A stretch of 62,819 bases of DNA, filler included, from Hausera hauseri (GCA_046269625.1; 12 parts of 12 records of this genome joined end to end with filler, not necessarily neighbours in it); one strand, 5' to 3'. Counted from the first letter of the whole stretch, positions 36,034 to 49,859 are shown. Program-made: numbers and translations. Notes: a model not told the origin generated them from the sequence alone.

Positions 36034-38989
36034 GGTGATATTGGGGATCAAGGTGAACAAGGTCCAGTGGGTATCAAAGGATTTATTGGAAGTATCGGTG
36101 ATAAGGGAAACAGAGGTGATGAAGGCTTGACTGGAGTATTTGGGATCAAAGGTGAAAAAGGGAGAAAAGGAATACGTGGACCTAGCGTCACAGGACCATA
36201 TGGCGATCCAGGCAATATTGGTGAAACAGGTTTATCTGGAAAAACAGGAGATCAAGGCGAGAAAGGTGAAATCGGTATTTTATATAACGTTATTTTATAT
36301 TGGTGATATTTCTAAATTTGAGGTAAAACTGGTAGAACTGGAAGATATGGTAATAAAGGTGAACCAGGCAAGCCAGGAACTAAAGGAAATATTGGAAGAA
36401 AAGGCAGCATTGGAATAATTGGCCTTAAGGGTAAATGGCCTAGAGGGACATATAATTTATTCCTTTTTCAGGAGATAAAGGAGATCCTGGTCCTATTGGA
36501 CCTAAGGGCTTTGATGGAGATAAAGGAGCCGAAGGAGATTTCGGGTGGATTGGGGGAAAAGGTCAAAAGGGAGAAACCGGTCTGTGTGATAAAAGTAAAA
36601 TTGGCGGCCGTGGAGCCACCGGTGCCGATGGTGTTGAGGGAGTTAAAGGCGAAAAGGGATTACCTGGTATTACGAATTTGAACTTTAAATAAGATGATTC
36701 ACTTGTAGGAATACCAGGAAAACATGGTTACAAAGGGAAAAAGGGTTCTTCCGGTATTGGTCCTACTGGTATTGATGGAAATTCTGGACCCAAGGGAGAT
36801 AAAGGGAAAATAGGTTAATTAGATTATCAAGTTTGATCATTTATTTCTAAAAAGGTACAACTGGCCCACCTGGAGACATAGGTAATAAAGGTGATGACGG
36901 TTCGACGGGTTTTCCTGGTTTACGCGGTGACGAGGGAGAAAAGGGTAACAAAGGAATTATGGGAATAGAAGGGAAAAAGGGAGTAGTAGGGAGTTTAGGT
37001 CTGAAGGGTCTGCGTGGTAATAAAGGTACAATAGGTGATATTGGTCTTTCTGGTCCTTTAGGAATCAAAGGAAAAAAGGGATATTTTGGCTCACCTGGAG
37101 AAAATGGTGATCCCGGTTTACGAGGAAATATAGGGCTTAAAGGTGATAAAGGTTTACCTGGACCCATAGGTGATAGTGGTCCTGGATTTCCTGGGGATAT
37201 GGGTGATAAGGGTGATGTGGGAATAAAAGGTGTGAAAGGTGAGTTTGTTGATTCATACACTAGGGGCATTAAAGGAATGAAGGGTGATAAAGGAAAACCT
37301 GGTGAACCTGGGGACCAAGAGGGACAACAAGGAAGCAAAGGTGAAAAAGGTCGTAAAGGATTTTCTGGAAGACCGGGTAGGAAAGGTAGTAAGGGACATA
37401 AAGGCAACAAAGGTGAAAGAGGAACACCGGGTCCACCGACCAACTTTAAATACTTATCATCTTTCCTATTCGCATATCATAGTCAGAATTCAAATCCCAA
37501 TGAAATACGTTGTCCCGGGCAAACGCGTATGATTCATACTGGATACAGTTTTGTTATGATTGACGGAGGTGGCCAATTACATGCAATGGATATGGGTAAG
37601 CGGTTTGACTAATTTGATCTTGGTAATTTGTTATTTTTACAACAGTGTGTGTACAGTCAGTTCGCATTAGATGGATAGAACAAGCCTTTTTAAAACTAAA
37701 ATATTGATTTATCCACTTAGCTTGCTATCCCATGACATACACGTGCATCATATATTTTAATTACATTAAACGATCCTTAGGTGGTAAATACTAATTCTAT
37801 TTATATTGTTATTACTGCTATTCAAGTTGCTATTCAGTAAATGACTAATTTACATTTAAATAAGCTACTTGGCAACTCTCTGCCAACTTTGAATATATTT
37901 ACATTTAAATGTATTTGAATATGATTTTGTGTTGGTAACGGTGTAAATTTTTATATTATTGATTAAATCATATTACGTAGTGACATAATATTATCTAGTA
38001 CGAAACACTTATTGGTGTATAAAGAATTGTTATTTTTTGTATCCAAAGGATTTTTATGCAAAAAGCTTGTGACTAGCCAGGTATAAATACCTGGTCATTT
38101 TTGGTAGAAACACACAACAAAATTTTGCTATCGTGTATTGTTATACTTCGATTTCAATTTGTTCTCTTAGTGAGTTTTAGTCATTTTATGATTATCATTT
38201 TTTATTCATTTTCAGAAATATTATTTTATCGTTTTGCTCTATCTTGTTTTTATTCTAAATAAATAAATAAATAAGTAACTACTAAGTAAGTGGAAAACCA
38301 GCCGTCCAGGTCGAACCCTACCTGACGGCAGCCCGTCTAATTCTAAGTAAAAAGCGAGAGCCAATTTACAACCTTAGTAAGTAAAGTAATCACAGGCCCA
38401 CAGCCTACTTGCCCCAGACACACAGACATAGGATAGCTTAGGTAAGGTCCTAGAGTCTGTCATATTTTTGTGTACTTGTCTCACTGACAACCAGTATCTA
38501 TTTGCAAAGTTTGTACGAAGAATATGATTTTAATACACTATTCAAAGCATTTATTTATGATGTGTTCGGTTTATTGTAAATGTCGATAATTGTATAGAAC
38601 AATTGAGACATTGTTCAAAAAGGGATTCAGTAATTTAGTGTATAAAAATCGATTTTTGTTTGTTAATATATAATTGCATTATATATTCAAATATAGGTTC
38701 TCCAAGTTCCTGTTTAGTCAGATTTTCCATCATGCCGTTTGCTCAATGTCAGAGAGATGGGTCTTGTGGAACAGGAATAAGATCTGATAAATCTTTTTGG
38801 TTAACTTCACTTGAACATGCTACTAACGCCCCCATAGATGTTTCAAAAGTACCCAATAGATTATCTCGATGTGCAGTTTGTGAAAATCCCACACAACCGT
38901 TTGCATTACATTCCCAAACAAAAGACTTTGGTGATATTATATGTCCGACTAACTGGACCAAATTATGGCAAGGATACAGTTTTGTTATG
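36034..38989 (+). CDS. Type IV collagen alpha chain, 3' part (Gly-X-Y region and NC1 domain), spliced
   Basis: Exons 36034-36274, 36323-36430, 36472-36666, 36709-36813, 36855-37595 and 38697-38989 join through GT-AG introns into a continuous Gly-X-Y frame. NC1 motifs: FAYHSQ...CP...GYSFVM...MDMGSPSSCLVRFSIMPF...SFWL...SRCAVCE...ALHSQ...LWQGYSFVM. Alpha-chain type not assignable. Confidence 0.95.
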
Positions 38990-39459
38990 GTATTCAAAAT
39001 TTTATTTTTTGTTATATTTTACAAAACAATGTGGGATTCATTTTAATCATGGTTATGTTGAATGAAACAAGATTATATGAAAAAAACATATATTACGGTT
39101 ATAACACTTTACAACCCCATATTCCTGTATCAGAATTCGATGAACTTTTACCCACATGTGGAGAATTGATATATCTTTTCAAAATAAATTTCAAAAATGT
39201 CACCTTACAAATCAAAAGAAGATCATATGTAGCTGTATTATGTAATATGCATGATACTGTATGTTTTGTAATATAATCAACAAAAATCTCTCAAGTGTTC
39301 TATAACTATGAGTTGTACTACAATATACATCTACAGTGACTCAACAGTCTACAGTACAGNNNNNNNNNNNNNNNNNNNNNNNNNNNNNNNNNNNNNNNNN
39401 NNNTTAATTAATTAANNNNNNNNNNNNNNNNNNNNNNNNNNNNNNNNNNNNNNNNNNNN

Positions 39460-40129
39460 ATCTCTGTTCCATTTCTCTCTCTGACAGATATCTCGATGGG
39501 TATTCCATATCCATCATCTCCTCTGCCACAATTTATCGCCATAATTCTTATATTACGTCCATCTTGGACTAATCTATACGCTTGCTTATGTTCGTCTTTT
39601 TCTTCTTCTGTTGGGGTCTGTTCAAATTCTAGAACCGGCAAACCTAAGTTGCAGTTCTCTTTATAGGTCACTTCGAACATCAACTTGACAGGTAACGCTG
39701 CTACTCTAAATTCTAATCCGTAGTCAATGGTTTCTAGACCTCGTCCGCTTATTTTAAACGTACTGAATCTATATTGGCGCCCTTCGTTTCCGTCCCATTG
39801 TTGATTTTTAATTCTGTAATAAACTTCCCCGTCTGCCAAGTGTATGAATACATTTTCTATTCTGATCATTTTGCTCTGGATTAATTCTTTCAGGTCATAT
39901 GACTTAGCCTGGTTATTATCTCTCATTGCATATAGCGAAATCATGCGATTATCGTCGGTATTAACTTTAAGATCATTGGATATGTTGGTTACTTTTCGGT
40001 ACACTATGTGTGTTTCGGTCCATAATGCATCTTTAATTCTTCGGTATATTCCTTTTGATTTGGGAATGAGGACTGTTCCGTATCTTGCAGGAAATCGTCG
40101 ATCCTAGGTCGGCTGCTCGTACTTACCAT
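39460..40129 (-). pseudogene. Conserved orphan ORF of the gypsy element (one frameshift), truncated by contig end
   Basis: ATG at 40129 follows TTTTCTTTCAG; homologous to 24643-24853; continues as the 198-aa ORF ending at the linker. Confidence 0.65.
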
Positions 40130-40299
40130 TCTGAAAGAAAATACAAAATAAGGGCAATCCTAAAACAAAGTATTGTTCGAAATTTGAACCAATTCTTTGT
40201 TTAATGATGAAATAACCCGATTTGTCGTTGTCAGAATATTTCATCATTAATTTCATTCTGTGGTACCATTACCCTTACTTCCCTCTCATAGATTTTGGG

Positions 40300-41824
40300 G
40301 CGTTTATTGTATCAATTTTTGGTAATCAGTCGACAAAACGCATTTAAGATTATGAGAGCGAACGCTGATGTTCCAATAATTGATATTAACGACAAAGTTG
40401 TCGATTCAGTTAAACTTTTATTTAAATCGTAGTTGTCAACTCATCCTCTGTTCCATACTCATTCAATGATTTCATTGAGACAATTTCGTTTAAGGTTCGT
40501 ACCGTGAACGTTCTGCTTTGTTTATTCTCTGCGTCTACTTGTATAATATAATCCATTTCAGGCTTTAAGTGAGTACATTTGATTCTCTCGCTACATTTTG
40601 TCAATATTACTTTTTGTTTATTATATAATGTTCGGCAACTTATTTTCACGTCGTAATTCAGTGCCTTTTCTACTACAAAGGTTATTTCACGCTGAGGTGT
40701 CCAGTGTTTTACCGGAATTATTTCTAGTTCTTTTTGGGCTGATTTATTTATTGAAATATTTCTGATCAGTGACGGAATAGTGGGCTTTATTTTCGCATTC
40801 GTTGTCATATTAAATAAATTTGACTTAACTGGATTTCTGAGTCGGTAGCTTCCTAAATAAATACTCGACTGGTTGATTCTAATTTCGTATAAATCTAGCT
40901 GAATTTTATATTCATATTTCTGTGGTAACTTGCAACATATTGATGGTTGTTTGACATCGATTTGGCAGTATTGTTGATTATGAGCTTGTATGTTTCCCTT
41001 CAGAAACCGTACTGAGATTACTCGACCGTTTATTAGTCGTCCTTTTGTTTTAACTTGAACACAATTGTTCTTGGGGTTCTCTGAAATACTGGCGATATTT
41101 TCTTCCAGCATTCGCTTTACTGGATCGATGGACTGGAGCATTTCGTTAGGTTTTATCCCATGATGCTTATTCCAAGCAGGAATAACTAATTGAAATTGTG
41201 GTTTTACTTCATGGATTTCAGATAATTTTGATGAATATAGCAGATAGGTAAGGTTGTAAGTATGACCAATTTCCGTGCTGCAACATTGCGCGCGCTCTCT
41301 ATGCCCGAAATCACAATGCCTTGTTTCTTTTGTCATTATATCATCTAGGTCAATTTGAAATCTTCCAGCATCGTAGTATTTTTTTGTATAATAAATCCAA
41401 CACATGAAGAGTTCGGTGAATAATATTTAATGGTGATTGACTGTAATGACGTGATATCTTTTTGTCTTTGGGTTTCTTCTAATACTGGTTTATTTTCTAT
41501 TTTCTCAATCCCATTCTTCGGCGTTACGTATCCATTCTTAAAGGTGGATTCATCATGCGGCCATTCAGCTTGTGTTTTTGGAATATAGGTGGTGATCAGC
41601 GATAGTGCTACGATTATTTTTACGTATGATATCGGTCTGGTGATAACTGACGAAGTTTTGTTTTCTCGTGGCCTTAGATTGTAATGTTTGGCTGCCCTTA
41701 TATCTGTTTTAACTACTCTTTGGATTGATACGACTTCTTCTTTGCCATTTTTATTGACATAAACCGTAGTTGGTGTTGTACGGATGATTTCATATGGTCC
41801 TTTTCCAGTACGTGTTAATTTCAA
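40300..41824 (-). pseudogene. Integrase C-terminus fused to type I membrane protein, paralog of 23231-24541
   Basis: GKGPYEII...HYNLR...RPISYVKIIVALSLITTYIPKTQA in one ORF; then CDF...QCCS, YCQ...ICCKL, CTHLKPEMDYIIQVDA and TM LSLISIIGTSAFALIILNAF. Confidence 0.75.
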
Positions 41825-43378
41825 GTATGTACCTTTTTTCGCAACTGGGTAATGTATATAAACCCAGTTTTCTTTTCCCAGATCATCAGGTTTAATCTTT
41901 TTTTCATATTATTTTTTTATTTGTTCCTGTTATTCAAGTGATAATATTTTCGCGACTTCCCAACATTTCTGTAATCTTGTCTGTAAAACTTCGGCAAAGA
42001 TTTGCTCTAAATCCTCGAGGTTCTTTTCATACGGCTTCATGCCTAGATTGGTAGGTAAGATTGTCTCTCGTCCATACATCATAAATAATGGTGTAAATCC
42101 TGTTGCTGGATGTGGAGTCGTATTAATCGCGAATTGTGTTCCTTCTAAGAATTCATCCCAATCTTTTTGGTCCTTTGCCACTACTGTTGATAATATCCGA
42201 ATAACTGTTGCGTTCATCCGCTCGACCATTCCATTACATTGGAAATAATACGCGATGGTGGTTAAACGTTCAATTTCAAATATTTTGGTAATCTTTTCGA
42301 ATAATTCGCTTGTGAAGTTCCTTCCTCTATCCGTTAAAATCTGTTCTGGTGGTCCATATCTGCAGATGATTTTTCTTACTACTGCGTCGGCTAAAGTTTC
42401 TGCCTTTTGATCTAATAATGTCACTAGTTCTACGAAATGCGTTAGTCGATCCACACATGTCAAGATATATCTGTTATTTTTGTGAGTTTTAGGCAAGGAT
42501 CCTTCTATATCCATAGACATGGCTTGCACAGGCCTATCTGGTACGTTTATAGGTTTTAGTTCTGCTACGTAGCCTTTTATTTTCTTTTGTTTTGTTGCGC
42601 AGACTTCCCATGCTCCTACCCAATTCTTTACATCAATATAGATGCTTGGCCAGTAATATTTAGTTAATATCCTTTCTAATGTCATCTTCCAAGACATGTG
42701 TCACACTAAATATGAATCATGTTCGGCTATGAGTACTTCGATACGCAATCCTTTTGGAATAACTATTAGTTTTCTCCCTTTTCGCTCGTAATATAGGATA
42801 TTATCTTGTTTTGATGCATGATATTTATATCCGTGTTTCTGTAGATGCTTTTACAGTTGTCGTCCTTTTGGTATTTGGTCGTTTTGTACGAATTCGATAA
42901 TTTGCTGAATAACCGTATCTTTGGCTTACTCAGTTGTAATTCTAATCGTCTTATCCGATATTATAGTCCTTTGTCGTTCAATCAACTGTTCGAGTTGTGG
43001 TTTCTGAATGTGGTGATTGCATTCGTTTTTGTTATTAATCTTGACAGTGCGTCAGCGTTGACGTGTTTGTTGCCTGGTTCATATTGAAATTCAATATTAT
43101 GTCGTGAAATTTCCTCGATTCAGCGATTTATTCTGCATGTCGAGTTGTTAGCTCGTCCTTTCAATGTTGTAACTGCTTTATGATCGGTCACTATGATGAT
43201 TTTTTGTCCTTAGACATAGACATTAAAATGTCATAGTGCCTATTTTACAGCTAATGTTTCTAATTCAGTAACTGAATAATTCTTTTCTGCTTTCTTTAAT
43301 GAGCGTCCTCCATAGGCTATCGGGTGTTCTAATTCTTCGTCTTCGCTTTTTTGAGGTAATTCGTATCCTATGCCGGGT
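41825..43378 (-). mobile_element. Ty3/gypsy RNase H-integrase, same family as 19543-23230
   Basis: GIGYELPQK...HPIAYGGR; KYYWPSIYIDVKNW; VDRLTHFVEL; YGPPEQILTDRGRNF; MMYGRE. Confidence 0.93.
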
Positions 43379-43379
43379 T

Positions 43380-45858
43380 GAAGACGTTTGGTGCTATCTA
43401 CTTATATTTCCATGCTATACATGTTAAATGTGACTGCGTGTTTTGTCTGCATGCGATGTGTTTGCTTGCAGAGGTTGAAGTTGGGGGAAAAATTGTCAGA
43501 TTTTGTTGTGTGTTGTGCCGTGCAAAGATGAATCAGAGTGAAGAGAAGAAGAAAGTGAAAGAGGAAGAGAGATTGTAGGAGACGGACTGTTGAAGGTGTT
43601 CAAGAGCGTCTTTAGAAGAAAAATGACTGACAAAAGGTGTAGTGGCGGATGAAGGAGGAGTGACACAAATTGGAGTAGAAATTGGAATTGTATTAGGTGA
43701 AAGAGTAGAAATAGAAAATGAAACAGAGGGAGTGGTAGATATAGGAAGAGTGATAGGAATAGAAGTAGAAGGTGTAGAATATGCTGAAGCATTACTAGGA
43801 GCAGAAAGAGGAGGTTGAACATGTGTAGCAATAGATATAGGAATAGCAGGAAGTGTGGGAGTGAGAAAAGTGGTTGACGTGTCGATTGGAGAAGTGTCAT
43901 CGACAACGAAAGTGGGCTTTAAGTTGGTAATATGCATGGTAAGTTCTTTGCTGTCTTTAGAAATAATAGCATTGTGCGAATGCAGCTGTACTAGTTTATA
44001 GGGCCCCAGATACCTCGGCTGAAAACCGCACGGCGTTTGATTTTTTAGCCATACGAATTTTGCCGAATACAAGTCTTTGGGTAAATATGTTTTGTCTTTG
44101 TGAAGTAACCTGCAGTACGAATCTTTGCTGACCTCTACGAAGTGATTTTGCGCTGTCCGTATCGTTTCATCTGTAGAAGTGTCGTTTAGGGCAATTAGTT
44201 CGAACAATGATCGTATGGGAGCTCCGAATAAGGCTTCAATAGGAGAGCATCCCGTAGAAGTAGACGGAGTGTTCCGCCAGCCGAGCAGAACGAACGGAAG
44301 AAGATACGTCTAACTAGTGTTGGACTCTGCAAGGATTCTTAGTGACGTTTTCAATATTCGGTGGAAGCGTTCTAGGAGGCCATTCGATTGGAGATGGTAA
44401 GGCGTAGTATGTATGTGATGGATCCCCAATCGGTTAACAAGGGATTTGAAGAGGTTGGATTCAAACTGTGGACCCTGGTCCGTGATGATGAAACGAGGTG
44501 ATCCAAACCTGCTAATCCATGTACGAATGAAAACGTCAGCTATGGTGTCGATGTTCGTGCTCCGCAGAGGGATGGCTTTTGGCCATCGCGAGGAACGTTC
44601 CACCATGATGAGAATGAATTGATAACCGTTATCTGGAGGACGAGGGACAACGATGTCGATATGCATGGATTCGAAACGCGATGTGCACGGAAAGTGGAAC
44701 AGTGGTGGCTTTAAATTCTTAGTTCTTTGGAATTTTTGGCAAGTCACACACTCCTTAATCCATGCCTGCACATCAGAACGCATTGACGGCCATATTACTT
44801 GTCGATGGAGTAAACGAAAAGTGTCTTTAGCACCATGGTGGTGTAGCGAATGTACGCTATTAAATGCTTGCCTCTGCAATGATGGAGCGAGAATTATTAC
44901 GGAATGACCTGGTTTGGAAGTGTCTAAAGCCACGTCGTCAACAATTGTGCAAGACTTGAAAGAATTAAGCATGTCTTGAGGTGGTTGGTTCTGTTGAAGT
45001 TGAGCTTGCGTAAAAATCTGTGAAAAATTAATCGAACTAACCGACTTAGATAAAAAATTGGCAACCAAATTATTAACCCCCTTAATATGTTTTATGTCAA
45101 AGTTAAATGTCGACAAGTATGATATTTGTCGTTCTTGGCTTGTGGAAGGATGTTTCTTAGCCATGATGTTAAGTAAGGGTTTGTGATCGGTGTGTATAGT
45201 AAAATGGCGAGTGACAAGTAGGTGGGAGAAATGCTTTAAAGCAAAAACGATGGCCAATAACTCTCGATAGAACATTGAATATCTGGTTTCAGGGGATGTT
45301 AACTTGTGAGAAAAAAATTCTAGCGGTTAATTTTCTCCTTTGTAGATCTGGTAGAGTACAGCACCTACCGCCGTGGTTGAAGCGTGTGTAGTAAGGATAA
45401 GTTCTGCATCAGGCTTGGGGAAAGCGAGAATGTCGACAATCTTAATTCCTTTGCGTAACTTTTCAAAATTGTCTACCAACTCAGGTGTCCAGCGAATTGG
45501 CTGATATTTTTTGCCACCGCTTAAGTGTTCAAATGGTGCTGTCAATTCGGAGCAATATGGTACATATTTATGTACACAGTGTAGAGTACCAAGGAAGCTG
45601 CAAATTTCGGTGGTCGTACATGGTAGCTGGATATATTTAAGGGCTTCAACTCGGTCTGATTAAGGCGAGTGGCCGTTTGGGTAAATAACGTGGCCCAAGA
45701 AGTTGATGCTTTTTTTGAAAAAATGGCATTTGTCGAAATTGACTTGGAGATTATGGTGGTGAAGGCGTTGGAATATTGCGTGAAGATGTTCCTCGTGTTG
45801 TTTGACCGAAGACGAAACGATCAGAATATCATCAATATAATGGTGCGCAAACGGAAAA
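43380..45858 (-). mobile_element. CsRn1-like gypsy pol remnant (RT end, RNase H, integrase) with Ser/Thr/Pro-rich C-terminal extension
   Basis: RELLAIVFALKHF; HTDHKPLL; WPSMRSDVQAWIKECVTCQ; TDQGPQFES; PRYLGPY; then a low-complexity S/T/P tail. Confidence 0.92.
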
Positions 45859-46908
45859 NNNNNNNNNNNNNNNNNNNNNNNNNNNNNNNNNNNNNNNNNN
45901 NNTTAATTAATTAANNNNNNNNNNNNNNNNNNNNNNNNNNNNNNNNNNNNNNNNNNNNAGTAATGAATACTACCGACTATCCAATTTGCATATTATTATG
46001 CAGAAAGGCAAGAAATTTTATCATTTCGCTTCAATCCTAGACACATAGTCAGATCAGCATATATAACTCGACTTTAAATGTCCCTATGCTATTCATTATG
46101 ATACACTATCATCAATAAGGTCAATGTATATTGACTATCCGGGTATTCACCTTGCTTACTTCACTTGTAGAGATTCCAAATTTATTTATCTCCATTATTT
46201 TCTTTAGGAATTCGATGCTACTGCTTGCTAGCCATACCACATATCCAAATATCATTGCGGATCTAAACATCATTGCTGATTTACAATTATGACGAGTTAA
46301 GTTCACCGTGAAAATTCTAATACATTAGATTACTGAATTTCTGCTTTCTCCGTTCTACTTTATGCCGAACCTGCATTGTATGACGGATATGAAGAATGAT
46401 TAATACAAAACAAATTATTTATTAAACAAATATAATATAAGAGAAAAATTTTCTTGCGGCTTGGGCATACTATTGGGTTCCGTTTATTTAGTATATTCAG
46501 TTTAGCAATTACAAAATGAATTCAAAATTTACCACTGGTTTCGTTAGACGATTCGAGTTGGTTTGAATTTTCTGACATTTGTGCGATTTCTAATACTATT
46601 GTATTGCAATTTGTTTTGTTTTCCTTGATATCTTCGCGCCTATTTCTTGAATTCACTATTAACGATAGTATAAATCTTATAAACGATCAAATTTATCCAG
46701 TATAGTCAGTCCGAAAAATATCCATCGATCGGAAATAAAAAAATATCGGCAACAATATTTATAAAATTCGACAGGACCAAAAATTAATTCACTGAAAATT
46801 TCTAAAACGGAGTTAACGATTTATCAAAACTCGTAAAGGCAAAATTGCAACTGGAAAATGGACGAACCCAAATAAGAATCACACAGAATCAACGAGAGTT
46901 TGACCGGA

Positions 46909-48501
46909 TCATGTTATTCTCGTCGAACGAACATCGTCAATATTTATCATTTCAGTGCCACCTTGTGACAATCGCGTACCATAAGCATTTGAATTGAGAT
47001 TACATGATCGTGTGATTCTTGTTGTAGGAATATGAAATATTTTTTTGCTTTTAGTGGTTTTATGTTGCCAAGAGTTACTCTCCTGTGAACTTTCTGAAGA
47101 TTTTGAATCAGCGTTAACACGGAATTCTTCATTGGATATGTTGTCCATAAGAGACGAATAATTGCTACTATTCATAGTATTTTCATCGAAATTTGCACAA
47201 TTGAATTTAGCTTCATTTTCGGAATCAACTTTCATTCGGTCGATTTTGGCATCATTCGATTTTTCATTTTTCAAGAGACCATTTTCGCGGATTTTTTAAT
47301 AGGTAATCCAGGACTTTTGCACAATTGCTTTATTTTCTTCTCCAGTTTATAAAAATATTGCTTATTGGCCTTGAAGTTCAATTCAGGATTATTTGAAAGA
47401 ATATCACATAATACAACACTGCAGTCTTTAATTGATTCCGACTTGCCATTTTCCTCGTCGTCAACTGAATCATGGTTATCATCATGGTCTTCAACGTAAT
47501 TATAAAGCTCTTTCTCACCGTTATCTGCATCTAAGTCAACAGTATAATCCGAAGTATCCATGGTCCTTGAAGCTAAATTAATCCCCTTCGAATTTTTTAT
47601 ATTTTCATCGTCTGAATTATCATCTGAATCGCCATTTTCAAACGTTACTTTTTTCTTCATCTTCAAACTTCTCAATTCTTTAGGTTTACATTCTTCATTT
47701 TGGGAAAACATTGATAAACTATCTCGCAGATGTTTTGCTTTGACCATTAATATTTTATTTGTATTTGATTCGTTGTGCGCCGGTGACTTTTTGTCGACTA
47801 CAAAATCTTTTCAAACTCAAATATGATGCAATCGTCTGGATTTTTACCAGCACAAATGATATCGTTGTTACCACTTCGACATTCGCTTATGCTCATTTCA
47901 GGCTCATTTTCAACATTCATTATTGCCAGTTTTCATTGTGTCGTTCGTTCTCAATCTAATTTTAATAATTACTATATCAATTTCTTTATCTTTGTCTGCA
48001 ATTTTTATAGGTACGCTTTTCAAATCATTAACTTCGTCAGAATTTAACCATGTTATAAGTGACTCCAATGACCGATTGAATTTTGACAAAACATTGAACT
48101 TATGTTCCTTTTGCTTTTGACTTAACAATTTCTGATTCGAACCAATGTCGCCGCCAGTGCTGCTATTATTTGTCACCGATGTATCAGTACAAACGTTTTG
48201 AGCTGTTTGAATCTGTTGCAATTCACGCATTATTCGTTTCCGTTTGTAATAAACTTCATTAATGCTCTTGTACGTTTTAATTAAATAAACGGATAATTTC
48301 CTTAACGGACTCAATTCCGGATCTCGCAAACGAGACATAAATGAAATTCGATAGACGAATATCGGAATTCATGTTATATAAACCATGGCCAGTGATGGAC
48401 GACGAATTAACAACATTCGGATGATGAGATGAGAAATAATCCGGTGTTAAAATTGATCCACTATTAAGCGGTGGATAATAGTAAACTGACAAAATTGGCA
48501 T
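46909..48501 (-). pseudogene. DYRK1/minibrain-like N-terminal fragment followed by frameshifted acidic low-complexity coding sequence; no kinase domain seen
   Basis: RDPELSPLRKLSVYLIKTYKSINEVYYKRKR closely matches DYRK1A [32 protein letters not shown]. Adjacent ORFs 47271-47747 and 46909-47274 lack kinase motifs. Confidence 0.65.
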
Positions 48502-49067
48502 ATCTCAAGAATTTTCATCCTTGGTGTGGCACGAAAAATTTTTAGACATTTTCTGACACCAAATATTAGAGAATTTTAATCATACAAGCAAAATCGTAAT
48601 GTAGTTTAGATCCCTTCTCGTTGCGGCAAGTCTCCAAAACTTCTAAATTCATACGTGTAAATATGTTGAATGCGCACGATTGTTAGCAATAGAGAAGGCA
48701 GTTCGATATTCACAAATAAATTTCGTGAGTGCATAGAGAAAGTAAAAAAACTGCGAAGATCTAAATTCTGAAATAAAATGGCCAATTAACTAATTCAAAG
48801 TTTATAAACATCACTAAAACTATTTATTGAATATTTAAGCAACATTTTTGGCAACAATTAATTTTTTGTAAATAAAAGTTAGTGAATTCGGCACCATCAA
48901 ATTTGCCCGAATAGCATATGGTACTGATCACCGTGAAAATCAACGACAAATATAACAAGAAACAAAGAGAATTGACAAAAACAGGGCATAAAAAAATCTA
49001 CACAGGCAAACAGCATCCAAATTGCACCGAACTTAAACGTTTCGACGATTCCCACGTTGACATTTGT

Positions 49068-49724
49068 TCAGTTATATACAATGGAAATGTTACGCTTTCT
49101 TCTCGATACAGAAAAATAAATACAAATCAAAGCAAAACTTCGACAGTTCTTAGAAATAAACTGAAAACGATCGAATAGATAATTTTTTATGTTTTCGATG
49201 CTAAGATCAATGCATTTATATCCTTGAGAAAAGAGACTAGATGATGTTATATTAACGGTATCGATTGCGTAACCCAGTATGTTTTCAGTTATACAACTAC
49301 TTGATTTGATAATAATAGATTGATTGTTCTCTTTTAATATCTTAGTCACACTCTTAAGATCCTGTGGAATAAAATTGTCCAGCATAATAATAACGCGGCA
49401 TACCGAACTTCTTTGAGTCATTTATTGCGTATGCCTGGGATAATACACTAATAAACAAAATAAATCCGATGTAAAATAGAATTGGATTAAAGAGAAAAAT
49501 AATATTCCAACAGTAGTAATAAATTTTTCTAGACATTGATCACAATCATTATTGAATATTTCTATTATTTCCACGATATCTAATAAACCCACTACTCCTT
49601 TCAATGTGATACAGGCTCTTGTGGCAAATTTGTGTATGTCTTCTGTGGATAGTTTTTCTCTTTGATTGGCAAAGTTTAAATCTCTGAATAAACTAAGCAG
49701 TCTGAGTAAATCAAAGTCGCCCAT
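49068..49724 (-). pseudogene. Unidentified coding-like region in three overlapping frames
   Basis: Chained ORFs 49422-49724, 49354-49536 and 49068-49421 suggest one broken or spliced gene; no recognisable motif. Confidence 0.25.
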
Positions 49725-49859
49725 TTAACATCCTAGTTTTAAACAATATCTAATTTGATAATTTCAAAGTAACAGCATTGCAAAGCATAATTTCGATTTT
49801 GACGTCATACATATAAAGTGGACCTTCTAATGCTAACTTGAAATTTGTGAAATTGGACT

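Noticed and set aside
36847-37443. 198-aa Pro-rich minus-strand ORF
   Set aside because: Antisense shadow of collagen Gly codons.
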